Shown piece after piece: positions 38,702-48,106 of a DNA stretch of 58,659 nt. How positions within the stretch are numbered: the stretch's first letter is position 1; each line of letters begins with the position of its first letter. This DNA comes from Bacteroidales bacterium (GTDB lineage Bacteria; Bacteroidota; Bacteroidia; Bacteroidales; VadinHA17), in contig PLNF01000035.1 in the NCBI GenBank assembly GCA_003141715.1, positions 9,837-68,495 of the forward strand, in the 5' to 3' direction. The notes under the pieces were generated by a model. It ran no database searches, was not told the origin of the DNA, and worked only from the letters and a program-made list of their open reading frames with translations. The position numbers and the translations under genes were made by a program.

Positions 38702-40735
38702 ATGAAGAATTTCAAAAGATATCTTGTCACATCAGCACTTCCCTATGCAAATGGCCCGATACATATTGGTCATCTTGCGGGGGTTTATATCCCATCAGAT
38801 ATTTATACCAGATACCTGAGAATGAAGGGTGTGGACGTGATATCTATTTGCGGATCTGATGAACATGGAGTTCCGATTACTCTCAAGGCACGTAAAGAAG
38901 GGGTAACACCACAGGAGATTGTTGACAGATACCATACCATGAATAAAAAAGCGTTTGAGGATTTTGGTATTGCTTTCGATATCTACTCACGCACATCAAA
39001 TAAAATACATTACGAAACTGCATCAGAGTTCTTCAAAACTTTATATGATAAAGGTGAATTCACTGAAAAAACATCTGAACAGTATTATGATGAGGAAGCT
39101 GGATGTTTCCTTGCCGACAGGTATATAATGGGTACATGTCCGCATTGCGGAAATGAGAATGCTTACGGTGACCAGTGTGAAAAATGTGGAACTTCACTAA
39201 GTCCTAATGAACTTATAAATCCTCACTCTACAATAAGTGGCAGTAAACCGGTATTGCGTGAGACACTCCATTGGTATCTCCCCCTAGACAAATACGAACC
39301 ATGGCTTAGAAAATGGATCCTCGAAGATCATAAAGAGTGGAAAGTAAATGTGTATGGACAATGTAAATCATGGCTCGATCAGGGTTTGCAACCCAGAGCT
39401 GTCAGCCGCGATCTCGACTGGGGTGTTCCTGTACCTGTTGAGGGTGCAAAAGGAAAAGTTCTCTATGTCTGGTTCGATGCGCCTATTGGTTATATATCTG
39501 CTACTAAAGAACTTACACCCGAATGGGAAAAATACTGGAAGGATAAGGAGACAAAAATGGTTCATTTCATCGGAAAAGATAATATTGTGTTCCATTGCAT
39601 TATCTTTCCCGCGATGCTTAATGCCGAGGGCAGTTATATCCTCCCTGAGAATGTCCCGGCCAATGAGTTTCTTAATCTCGAAAACGATAAGATATCAACT
39701 TCAAGAAACTGGGCAGTATGGCTTCACGAATACCTTGAAGATTTTCCTCGGAAACAGGATGTTCTGAGATATTCTCTCTGCGCTAATGCACCGGAGACAA
39801 AAGATAATGACTTCACCTGGAAAGATTTTCAGGCACGAAATAACAACGAACTTGTCGCTATTCTTGGAAACTTCGTCAACCGGACCCTTGTACTTACCAA
39901 TAATTATTATGGTGGGAAAGTTCCTGAGAGAGGCAAAACTGATTTAAATGATGATTCTGTGTTGAATGAAATAACACGGTTTAAAGAAAATGTGGAAACC
40001 TGTCTTGAAACTTTCAGGTTCCGCGAAGCTCTGAAGGAGGCAATGAATCTGGCACGACTTGGCAATAAGTATCTGGCTGATGCTGAGCCCTGGAAGGTTA
40101 TCAAAACCGATCCTGAACGTGTAAAAACTATTATGAATATTGCATTGCAGATAACTGCAAATCTGACAATTATCTGTGAACCGTTTCTCCCTTTCTCGAT
40201 GGGAAAATTACGCACTCTGATTAATATGAATGAGTTGAAATGGGAAAATGCCGGTAAATCGGACCTGCTTGCTCCCGGACATGTAATTAACAAACCAGAA
40301 TTGCTCTTTGAAAAGATTGAAGATGAAGAGATCACACGTCAGGTAGATAAGCTCCTTGCTACAAAAAAAACCAATGAAGAAAATAGTACAAAAACCACAC
40401 CCGGAAAAGAGCCTGTAACTTTTGATGATTTTACCAAAATAGATATCAGAACAGCAACCATCCTTGAAGCTGAGAAGGTCCCTAAAACCACTAAACTGCT
40501 TAAACTCAGGATTGATACCGGAATCGATATCCGTACCATAGTATCAGGTATCGCGGAGTATTATGAACCGGAAGCCATCATTGGTAAACAGATATCTATT
40601 GTTGCCAATCTTGAACCACGAAAGATCAAAGGTATTGAGTCGAAAGGTATGATCCTTATGGCTGAAGATGAAAACGGGAAATTAGTTATGGTTGCTCCTG
40701 TTGATAAAGTGAGTAACGGGAGTATGATAAAATAA
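38702..40735 (+). CDS. metG: Methionine--tRNA ligase with C-terminal tRNA-binding OB domain
   Basis: LPYANG, HIGH, Zn knuckles CPHC/CEKC, YVWFDA, KISTS. Confidence 0.98.
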   Translation: MKNFKRYLVTSALPYANGPIHIGHLAGVYIPSDIYTRYLRMKGVDVISICGSDEHGVPITLKARKEGVTPQEIVDRYHTMNKKAFEDFGIAFDIYSRTSNKIHYETASEFFKTLYDKGEFTEKTSEQYYDEEAGCFLADRYIMGTCPHCGNENAYGDQCEKCGTSLSPNELINPHSTISGSKPVLRETLHWYLPLDKYEPWLRKWILEDHKEWKVNVYGQCKSWLDQGLQPRAVSRDLDWGVPVPVEGAKGKVLYVWFDAPIGYISATKELTPEWEKYWKDKETKMVHFIGKDNIVFHCIIFPAMLNAEGSYILPENVPANEFLNLENDKISTSRNWAVWLHEYLEDFPRKQDVLRYSLCANAPETKDNDFTWKDFQARNNNELVAILGNFVNRTLVLTNNYYGGKVPERGKTDLNDDSVLNEITRFKENVETCLETFRFREALKEAMNLARLGNKYLADAEPWKVIKTDPERVKTIMNIALQITANLTIICEPFLPFSMGKLRTLINMNELKWENAGKSDLLAPGHVINKPELLFEKIEDEEITRQVDKLLATKKTNEENSTKTTPGKEPVTFDDFTKIDIRTATILEAEKVPKTTKLLKLRIDTGIDIRTIVSGIAEYYEPEAIIGKQISIVANLEPRKIKGIESKGMILMAEDENGKLVMVAPVDKVSNGSMIK

Positions 40736-41704
40736 CTATTTCTTTCTCGAAATCCAGGTTCCGGGAAATTTTTTCGCGATGCTGTCTTTTTTGATATCAG
40801 CTGTATTCAGATCACTGCATATCATAGCACAAACTCGGTAGAAACCATTACCGGCGGTCACAATCTCGGGGGAAAAGCCTTCATCTTTCAATATATTTAC
40901 CTGTGAATCAGCGTTCTCTTTTGATTTGAAACTACCCGTTATCACAAAATAAGTATTTGTCTCTGATAGAACAGGGGTAACGACTTCCGAAGCAGTAGTC
41001 TCATCGGAGATTAGTTTCGCTTTCTCTTCTTTCTTTGGTACATCAATGTTATTACCTTCATCCACAGCCTTTTTATTATTTTCAAATTCAGCTGTCACAA
41101 GTGGATTCATAGTTGTTATTTCTACCTTTGCCTTGAAGAGATCTGTTTTCAACGGAACCACAACTAGAAGGGAAAGGAGAGGAATGATCACTGCTGCCCT
41201 CCAGAGTACTTTTCTTATTGATGCCTGTTTTACAGGATCCTTTTCTAAATGTCTGATGATCCGCTTTCTTACATCATATCCTTCAAGAGGCAAACATTGG
41301 AAAGGCTCAAGCCCGTAAGAATCAAGATGATAGTTTACATTCCTGTCCGGATCAAACTGAACATTACCCTCCTGGTTATTTACAAAACTTCCTATATTAT
41401 CAAAAACAACTTTCTCTCCTTTTTCAAGTTTCTTTCGAAGTCCGGTAACAAATTCTTCGACGATATTTCTGGCATCACCATAATTAATTTTTGAAGTGAT
41501 AGAGATCCTCCCTACCAGAAGGCCATCATTATGATTCAGGTTCGTGTTAAAGGATATCTGCTTTACAGGGGGATAAAAGGTACCCGTGCTTTTGTCAATT
41601 CTTGCAGGTGTATAGTTCCCTATAAAGCCACCAAACCCCGGGACAACAACACAATCATGTCCGAATAATAATTCCCTTATGATAGCTATTACATCCACTG
41701 CCAT
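40736..41704 (-). CDS. HU-like (CCDC81-type) N-terminal domains + TM + SPOR domain protein
   Basis: HDCVVVPGFGGF, HNDGLL, central TM (WRAAVIIPLLSLLVVVP), YFVITGSFKSKENA SPOR. Confidence 0.85.
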   Translation of the reverse strand: MAVDVIAIIRELLFGHDCVVVPGFGGFIGNYTPARIDKSTGTFYPPVKQISFNTNLNHNDGLLVGRISITSKINYGDARNIVEEFVTGLRKKLEKGEKVVFDNIGSFVNNQEGNVQFDPDRNVNYHLDSYGLEPFQCLPLEGYDVRKRIIRHLEKDPVKQASIRKVLWRAAVIIPLLSLLVVVPLKTDLFKAKVEITTMNPLVTAEFENNKKAVDEGNNIDVPKKEEKAKLISDETTASEVVTPVLSETNTYFVITGSFKSKENADSQVNILKDEGFSPEIVTAGNGFYRVCAMICSDLNTADIKKDSIAKKFPGTWISRKK

Positions 41705-41776
41705 TTCTTCTTTTAATCAATACAAATTTAATAAAAAAAAGTTAATTGCAATATTTATTCAGGATCAGTTGTAAAA

Positions 41777-41818
41777 CCCCTCTGTCCCGCCGAAGCGGGA
41801 CATCTCCCCCAAGGGGGC
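41777..41818. repeat. GC-rich double-hairpin REP-like repeat, inverted copy of 30156-30194
   Basis: cccctctgtcccgc-cgaa-gcgggacatctccccc-aa-ggggg; reverse complement shares gggggagatgtc...gacagagggg with 30164-30194. Confidence 0.8.
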
Positions 41819-41982
41819 GATAATACTTTGGGATTTACCTCAATTTCACTATAACAGAAAAGTTAGCCCCATTTTAGGGGGGGTTGGGGGGCAAAAACGG
41901 GCAGGGATTGAGGGGCGTAAGGGGTTTAGAAGGAAATTCTTCAAAAAAATATTATCTTCGTATTTCAAATTTTTTGCATGAA

Positions 41983-43113
41983 ATGAGAGAGATACAGATG
42001 GTAGACCTGAGAGCTCAGTATGAGAAGATCGGGTCGGAAATAGATAATGCAATAAAATCTGTCCTTTTATCAACAGCTTTTATTAAAGGCCCTGATGTTA
42101 AGCTATTTGAAGAAGAGCTTCAGGAATATATGGGTGTTAAACATGTGGTTTCCTGTGCAAACGGAACTGATGCACTGCATCTTGCTATGATGGTTCTCGG
42201 CCTGAAACCGGGGGATGAGGTCATTACAACAAATTTCACTTTTATTGCTACGATTGAGGTTGTTGCCTTGCTTGGCCTTAGACCGGTTATTGTTGATCCG
42301 GAGCCCGGAACATTTAATATCTCTGTGGAAGCTGTCCGAAAAGCTATCACCCCAAAAACAAAAGCAATTGTTCCTGTCCATTTATTTGGCCAATGTGCTG
42401 ACATGGAGAGCATTATGGAGCTTGCTAAAAAACATGATCTTTTTGTCATAGAAGATGCCGCACAGGCGACCGGCGCTGATTATATCTTTAAAAACGGAAC
42501 CGCTAAAAAAGCAGGAACTATAGGGCATATCGGGACAACATCATTCTTCCCTTCCAAAAATCTGGGTTGTTACGGTGATGGAGGTGCTCTTTATACTGAC
42601 GATGAGACTTTTGCCAGGAAGCTGAGGAGCATTGCTAACCATGGGATGAAAGAAAGGTATCATTATGATGATATTGGTGTCAATTCAAGGTTGGATTCGA
42701 TTCAGGCAGCAATCCTCAGGGTAAAACTTAAACATCTTTCAGAGTTCAATGCGGCAAGAAAAACAGTTGCTGACCGCTATGACGAAGCATTTGAAGGGTG
42801 TCGCTCAATATCTGTTCCGGAAAGAGTAAGTTATTCTTCCCATATTTTTCATCAATATACAATCAAGGTAAAAAACGGGAAAAGAGATGAGCTGAAAAAA
42901 TTTCTGGAGTCAAAAAACATCCCATCAATGGTTTATTACCCTGGTCCTCTTCATATGCAGAATGCTTATAGTTACCTGGGTTATAATGAGAATGACTTTC
43001 CCATAACAACATCATTGTGTAAAGAGGTGCTGTCTTTACCGATGCATCCTGATATGGACAGGGAACAGATTGATTATATTACATTTAATGTTTTAGAATT
43101 CTTCGATAAATAA
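41983..43113 (+). CDS. DegT/DnrJ/EryC1/StrS PLP sugar aminotransferase (WbpE/PorR-like)
   Basis: NGTDAL, PVHLFGQ, IEDAAQA, SFFPSKNLGCYGDGG, NSRLD; start trimmed from 41884. Confidence 0.92.
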   Translation: MREIQMVDLRAQYEKIGSEIDNAIKSVLLSTAFIKGPDVKLFEEELQEYMGVKHVVSCANGTDALHLAMMVLGLKPGDEVITTNFTFIATIEVVALLGLRPVIVDPEPGTFNISVEAVRKAITPKTKAIVPVHLFGQCADMESIMELAKKHDLFVIEDAAQATGADYIFKNGTAKKAGTIGHIGTTSFFPSKNLGCYGDGGALYTDDETFARKLRSIANHGMKERYHYDDIGVNSRLDSIQAAILRVKLKHLSEFNAARKTVADRYDEAFEGCRSISVPERVSYSSHIFHQYTIKVKNGKRDELKKFLESKNIPSMVYYPGPLHMQNAYSYLGYNENDFPITTSLCKEVLSLPMHPDMDREQIDYITFNVLEFFDK

Positions 43114-43118
43114 TAATA

Positions 43119-43697
43119 ATGAAGAAGGAATATTTTGCCCACGAAACAGCTGTCATAGATGATGGCTGCAAAATTGGAAAAGGAACGAAGATATGGCACT
43201 TCAGCCATGTTATGACAGGTTCGGAAATCGGTGAAAACTGTAATATCGGCCAGAATGTTGTCATCTCGCCGGGAGTAAAACTAGGAAAGAATGTCAAAGT
43301 TCAGAATAATGTCTCACTCTATACCGGTGTCATTTGCGAAGATGATGTTTTCCTGGGACCTTCAATGGTATTTACCAATGTTATAAATCCCCGAAGCGCA
43401 ATAATCCGGAAAGACAGTTATTATACCACTATCGTGGAAAAGGGTGCCTCAATAGGAGCCAATTCCACGATTGTATGCGGAAATAAAATCGGGACATATT
43501 CATTTATCGGTGCAGGAGCAGTTGTTACAAAAGATGTAAAACCTTATGCTCTTGTTGTTGGTAATCCTGCCAGGCAGACCGGCTGGATGAGTGAATACGG
43601 GCATAAGCTTAATTTTGACACTTCCGGATTTGCTTCCTGTCCTGAGAGTGGAGAGAGATACAAGATTGAGGATGGCAAAGTTTCTAAAATATTTTAG
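43119..43697 (+). CDS. wbpD: Hexapeptide-repeat sugar N-acetyltransferase (WbpD-like)
   Basis: KIWHFSH, KVQNNVS, GPSMVFTNV.NPRS, GNPARQ.GW. Confidence 0.85.
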   Translation: MKKEYFAHETAVIDDGCKIGKGTKIWHFSHVMTGSEIGENCNIGQNVVISPGVKLGKNVKVQNNVSLYTGVICEDDVFLGPSMVFTNVINPRSAIIRKDSYYTTIVEKGASIGANSTIVCGNKIGTYSFIGAGAVVTKDVKPYALVVGNPARQTGWMSEYGHKLNFDTSGFASCPESGERYKIEDGKVSKIF

Positions 43698-43727
43698 TAT
43701 TTTTATACGTCTTTTAAGCATATTAGC

Positions 43728-44681
43728 ATGGCAGAGTCTCCAAAAAATTTCGGGATAATAGGTGTTGCAGGTTATATAGCCGTCAGACATCTTCACGCAA
43801 TAAAGGAAACAGGCAACAACCTCCTTGCCAGTCTTGATAAGTTTGATAGTGTCGGACGAATTGATAGTTATTTCCCTGAAAGTGATTTTTTTGTAGAGTT
43901 TGAAAGGTTCGACAGGCATTTTGATAAACTTAAACGGACAGGGACTAAAATTGATTACGTAAGTATTTGTTCTCCGAATTATCTTCACGATTCTCATATA
44001 AGATTTGCTCTGCGCCATCAGGCTGAAGCGATCTGTGAAAAGCCGATTGTGCTAAATCCATGGAATATCGACGCATTGCAGGAGATTGAAAATGAGACCG
44101 GTCGTAAAATCTATACTGTTCTTCAACTTCGTCTTCACCCGAAATTACTGGAACTGCGGGAGAAGATCAGGAATGGACCTAAGGGTAAGATTTATGATAT
44201 TGACATGACATATGTAACCAGCCGGGGAAATTGGTATTCAATATCATGGAAAGGAGATATTCAGAAATCAGGAGGCGTGGCAACCAATATCGGTATTCAT
44301 TTTTTCGACATGCTGAGCTGGATCTTCGGCGATACCCGGAAAAATATTGTTCATATCTCAGAAGCTCATAAAGCTGCAGGTTATCTTGAACTTGAAAATG
44401 CAAGAGTCAGATGGTTCCTGAGTCTCGATTATAATGATATTCCGGTTTCAATTAAAGAGACAGGGAAGAGGACTTTCAGGGCTATCACTGTCGATGGTGA
44501 GGAGATAGAATTCAGTGAAGGATTTGCAGACCTCCATACCCTGACATACAAAGAAATACTTGCCGGAAAAGGATTTGGACTTAAGGAGGCACGTCAGTCA
44601 GTCGAAATTGCATACACAATCAGAAATTCAAAGCCTGTAGGACTTCAGGGAGACTATCATCCTATTTTAAAAACAATATAA
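43728..44681 (+). CDS. wbpB: Gfo/Idh/MocA oxidoreductase, UDP-GlcNAcA 3-dehydrogenase (WbpB-like)
   Basis: GVAGYIA.RH, ICSPNYLH, CEKP, SWKG...SGG..TNIGIHFFD. Confidence 0.88.
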   Translation: MAESPKNFGIIGVAGYIAVRHLHAIKETGNNLLASLDKFDSVGRIDSYFPESDFFVEFERFDRHFDKLKRTGTKIDYVSICSPNYLHDSHIRFALRHQAEAICEKPIVLNPWNIDALQEIENETGRKIYTVLQLRLHPKLLELREKIRNGPKGKIYDIDMTYVTSRGNWYSISWKGDIQKSGGVATNIGIHFFDMLSWIFGDTRKNIVHISEAHKAAGYLELENARVRWFLSLDYNDIPVSIKETGKRTFRAITVDGEEIEFSEGFADLHTLTYKEILAGKGFGLKEARQSVEIAYTIRNSKPVGLQGDYHPILKTI

Positions 44682-44682
44682 T

Positions 44683-45972
44683 ATGTACAATAAACTTATT
44701 AATAAGGAGACTAAACTTTCAGTCATCGGCCTTGGTTATGTAGGACTGCCAATCGCTCTTGAATTTGCAAAACAGATCAGGGTTGTTGGATTTGATATCA
44801 AACCCGAAAGGATTAACCTCATGAAAAAGGGCATAGATCCAAGTAATGAACTCACTTCTGAGGCATTTAAAAATACTGATATTGTTCTGACAAGCGATCC
44901 TTCAGAGTTAAAAACTGCGTCATTTCATATTATAGCGGTTCCCACTCCTACAACAAAGACTAACCTGCCCGACCTTACACCTGTTCTTAAAGCATCTGAA
45001 ACAGTTGGCAGAATTTTAAAAAAAGGAGATTATGTTGTCTATGAATCGACTGTCTACCCGGGATGCACCGAAGAGGATTGTATTCCTATGCTGGAGAGGT
45101 ATTCTGAATTAAAATGCGGTATTGACTTTAAGGTTGGTTTCTCACCTGAAAGAATAAATCCGGGGGACAACAATCATACTCTGACCAAAATTGTAAAAGT
45201 TACAAGCGGATGCGATGCCGAATCGGCTGAAAACATAGCAAAAACATACGAACTTATAATCAAAGCAGGTGTTCACCGGGCAAGCTCAATTAAGGTGGCA
45301 GAGTCGGCCAAGATCATTGAAAATACCCAGCGCGACATTAATATCGCATTTATGAATGAATTGTCAATTATTTTTAACAGACTGGGTGTCAATACATATG
45401 AAGTACTCGAAGCTGCAGGAACAAAATGGAACTTTCTTAAATTTTATCCCGGTCTGGTTGGAGGACATTGTATTGGTGTCGATCCTTATTATCTATCATT
45501 CAAAGCAAAGGCTCTGGGATATCACCCCCAGATGATTGATTCGGGAAGGTTTGTCAATGACAGCATGGGCGGATATATTGGAAAACAGACTGTCAAAAAA
45601 ATAGTTGCAGCCGGTAAGAATCTTAAGGGTTCACGTGTTCTCATTATGGGCATAACCTTTAAAGAAGATGTTACAGATATCCGTAATTCGAAGGTAATGG
45701 ATATTGTCAATGAGCTCGATGATTTCGGAATATCAGTTGATGTTATTGATCCCGGTGCAGGAAAACATGAGGTTAAAGAGGAATATCAGATTGATCTTAA
45801 AACACAACCTTCAGGAAAGTACGATGCTGTAATCCTGGCTGTAAGTCATAAAGAATATCTAAAGCTGGATGAAACATTTTTTACTCCTTTGCTAAATAAA
45901 GATGGAATCGTTGTTGATGTGAAGGGTGTTCTTCGCGGAAAAATAAAAGATCATACATACTGGAGCCTGTAA
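44683..45972 (+). CDS. UDP-N-acetylhexosamine 6-dehydrogenase (WbpA/WbpO/TviB family)
   Basis: GLGYVG, VPTP, ESTVYPG, SPER, GGHCIGVDPY. Confidence 0.9.
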   Translation: MYNKLINKETKLSVIGLGYVGLPIALEFAKQIRVVGFDIKPERINLMKKGIDPSNELTSEAFKNTDIVLTSDPSELKTASFHIIAVPTPTTKTNLPDLTPVLKASETVGRILKKGDYVVYESTVYPGCTEEDCIPMLERYSELKCGIDFKVGFSPERINPGDNNHTLTKIVKVTSGCDAESAENIAKTYELIIKAGVHRASSIKVAESAKIIENTQRDINIAFMNELSIIFNRLGVNTYEVLEAAGTKWNFLKFYPGLVGGHCIGVDPYYLSFKAKALGYHPQMIDSGRFVNDSMGGYIGKQTVKKIVAAGKNLKGSRVLIMGITFKEDVTDIRNSKVMDIVNELDDFGISVDVIDPGAGKHEVKEEYQIDLKTQPSGKYDAVILAVSHKEYLKLDETFFTPLLNKDGIVVDVKGVLRGKIKDHTYWSL

Positions 45973-47004
45973 ATGAATAAGAAAATCCTGGTAACCGGGG
46001 GAACCGGATATATCGGTTCACATACAGTGGTTGAACTAATTGAGGAAGGATTCGACACAATAATTATAGACAACCTGTCCAACTCTGAAGCAGATGTAGC
46101 CGACAGAATACATAAGATAACCGGAGTTAAACCTCTTCTTGAAGTACTGGACCTTTGTGACCAGGAAAAACTTGACAGATTTATTCAGAAACTCAGAGAT
46201 ATCTCAGCTGTCATCCACTTTGCAGCCTTTAAAGCTGTGGGCGAATCAGTAAATAAACCCCTTGATTATTACCGCAATAATATTTTATCATTGGTTAATC
46301 TGCTGGATGTTATGAAACGCTATGGGATCCCCGACCTGGTATTCTCATCCTCCTGTACAGTTTACGGACAGCCGGAGAAGCTCCCGGTGACTGAGGATGC
46401 CCCGCTGCAACCCGCTACTTCCCCTTACGGTAATACCAAACAAATCGGTGAAACAATAATAAGGGATACGACAGTCTCAGACAAAAATATTAAAGCAATT
46501 TCGTTAAGATACTTTAATCCGATCGGGGCACATCCTTCTGCTTTGATCGGAGAATTGCCAAGAGGTGTTCCTGAAAATCTTGTACCATTTTTGACTCAGA
46601 CAGGATATGGCATAAGGGAAGAACTCAAAGTTTTCGGGGATGATTATAACACTCCCGACGGATCATGCATAAGAGATTACCTTCACGTTGTGGATCTTGC
46701 AAAAGCGCACGTAATTGCAATAAAAAGACTTATTGAAGGCAAAAACAAGACCAATTATGAGGTCTTTAACCTTGGTACAGGCAATGGCGTTTCCGTTCTT
46801 GAGGCAATAAAATCATTCGAGCGTGTTTCGGGAATTAAATTGAAGTACAAAATAGTAGGGAGAAGAGCCGGAGATATTGAAAAAATATGGGCTGATCCAT
46901 CATTTGCGAATAAAGAGCTGGGTTGGAAAACCTTAAGTTCTCTTGATGAGGCAATGAAAACAGCCTGGGATTGGGAAAAGGTCATCAGGAAAAATAAATT
47001 ATAA
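45973..47004 (+). CDS. galE: UDP-glucose 4-epimerase
   Basis: GGTGYIGSH, HFAAFKAVGES, SSSCTVYG, YGNTK, LRYFNP, RDYLHV. Confidence 0.95.
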   Translation: MNKKILVTGGTGYIGSHTVVELIEEGFDTIIIDNLSNSEADVADRIHKITGVKPLLEVLDLCDQEKLDRFIQKLRDISAVIHFAAFKAVGESVNKPLDYYRNNILSLVNLLDVMKRYGIPDLVFSSSCTVYGQPEKLPVTEDAPLQPATSPYGNTKQIGETIIRDTTVSDKNIKAISLRYFNPIGAHPSALIGELPRGVPENLVPFLTQTGYGIREELKVFGDDYNTPDGSCIRDYLHVVDLAKAHVIAIKRLIEGKNKTNYEVFNLGTGNGVSVLEAIKSFERVSGIKLKYKIVGRRAGDIEKIWADPSFANKELGWKTLSSLDEAMKTAWDWEKVIRKNKL

Positions 47005-47006
47005 TT

Positions 47007-48062
47007 ATGAAACGAACTATTCTCATTACAGGTGGTGCAGGGTTTATTGGTTCACATGTTGTCAGAAGATTCGTTGCCAAATATCCTGAATACCTTATTG
47101 TCAATGCCGATAAGTTAACTTATGCAGGTAACCTGGAAAACCTTACCGATATCGAAAAAGAAAAGAATTATAAGTTTGAAAAAACTGATATCGTTGAAAA
47201 ACAATCTGTTCTGGATCTTTTTGAAAAGTTTGACTTCGATGGAGTAATCCATCTTGCTGCCGAATCGCATGTCGACCGTTCAATAACAAGTCCTGATGAA
47301 TTTGTTTTTACTAATATCGTCGGAACCGTAAATCTGCTTAATGCGGCTCTTAACAACTGGAAGAACGCATTCGAAGGAAAGCTTTTCTATCATATTTCGA
47401 CTGATGAGGTTTATGGTTCTCTTGGAAAAGAGGGCCGCTTTACAGAAGAGACTGCATACGATCCCAGAAGCCCTTATTCTGCCTCCAAGGCAAGCTCCGA
47501 CCATATGGTCAGAGCTTATAATCATACATTCGGAGTTCCGGCAGTGATCTCCAATTGTTCAAATAACTATGGGCCAAACCAGTTTCCCGAAAAACTTATA
47601 CCTCTTGCAATAAACAATATTAAAAATAATAAGCCTATCCCTGTTTACGGGAAGGGTGAAAATATCCGCGACTGGTTATATGTTGAAGATCATGTTTCAG
47701 CAATAGATCTTATATTTCATAAAGGGAAAGTTGGGGAAACATATAATATCGGGGGAAATAATGAATGGAAAAACCTTGATCTGATACTGCTTCTTTGCAA
47801 GATAATGGATAAGAAACTTAACCGAGTAGCAGGTACATCCGAAAAGCTTATTACCTATGTAAAAGACAGGCCCGGACATGATCTGAGATATGCAATTGAC
47901 TCCTCAAAATTACAGGAAGAACTTGGTTGGTCGCCGATACCTGAATTTGCTGATGGTCTGGAAAAAACGGTCAAATGGTATCTCACAAATAGCAAATGGC
48001 TCGACAGGGTATTATCAGGAGATTATAGTAAATATTACGACCTTATGTACTCTGGCAGATAA
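47007..48062 (+). CDS. rfbB: dTDP-glucose 4,6-dehydratase
   Basis: GGAGFIG, DKLTYAGN, AAESHVDRSI, STDEVYG, YSASK, DRPGHD. Confidence 0.96.
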   Translation: MKRTILITGGAGFIGSHVVRRFVAKYPEYLIVNADKLTYAGNLENLTDIEKEKNYKFEKTDIVEKQSVLDLFEKFDFDGVIHLAAESHVDRSITSPDEFVFTNIVGTVNLLNAALNNWKNAFEGKLFYHISTDEVYGSLGKEGRFTEETAYDPRSPYSASKASSDHMVRAYNHTFGVPAVISNCSNNYGPNQFPEKLIPLAINNIKNNKPIPVYGKGENIRDWLYVEDHVSAIDLIFHKGKVGETYNIGGNNEWKNLDLILLLCKIMDKKLNRVAGTSEKLITYVKDRPGHDLRYAIDSSKLQEELGWSPIPEFADGLEKTVKWYLTNSKWLDRVLSGDYSKYYDLMYSGR

Positions 48063-48106
48063 CACTGAAATCATCTCTCAAGTTCATCTCGGATATTTAA
48101 GAATTT

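Noticed and set aside
41884-41982. N-terminal extension of the aminotransferase in the ORF track
   Set aside because: Starts inside a G-run repeat; family homology begins at MREIQMVDL (41983)
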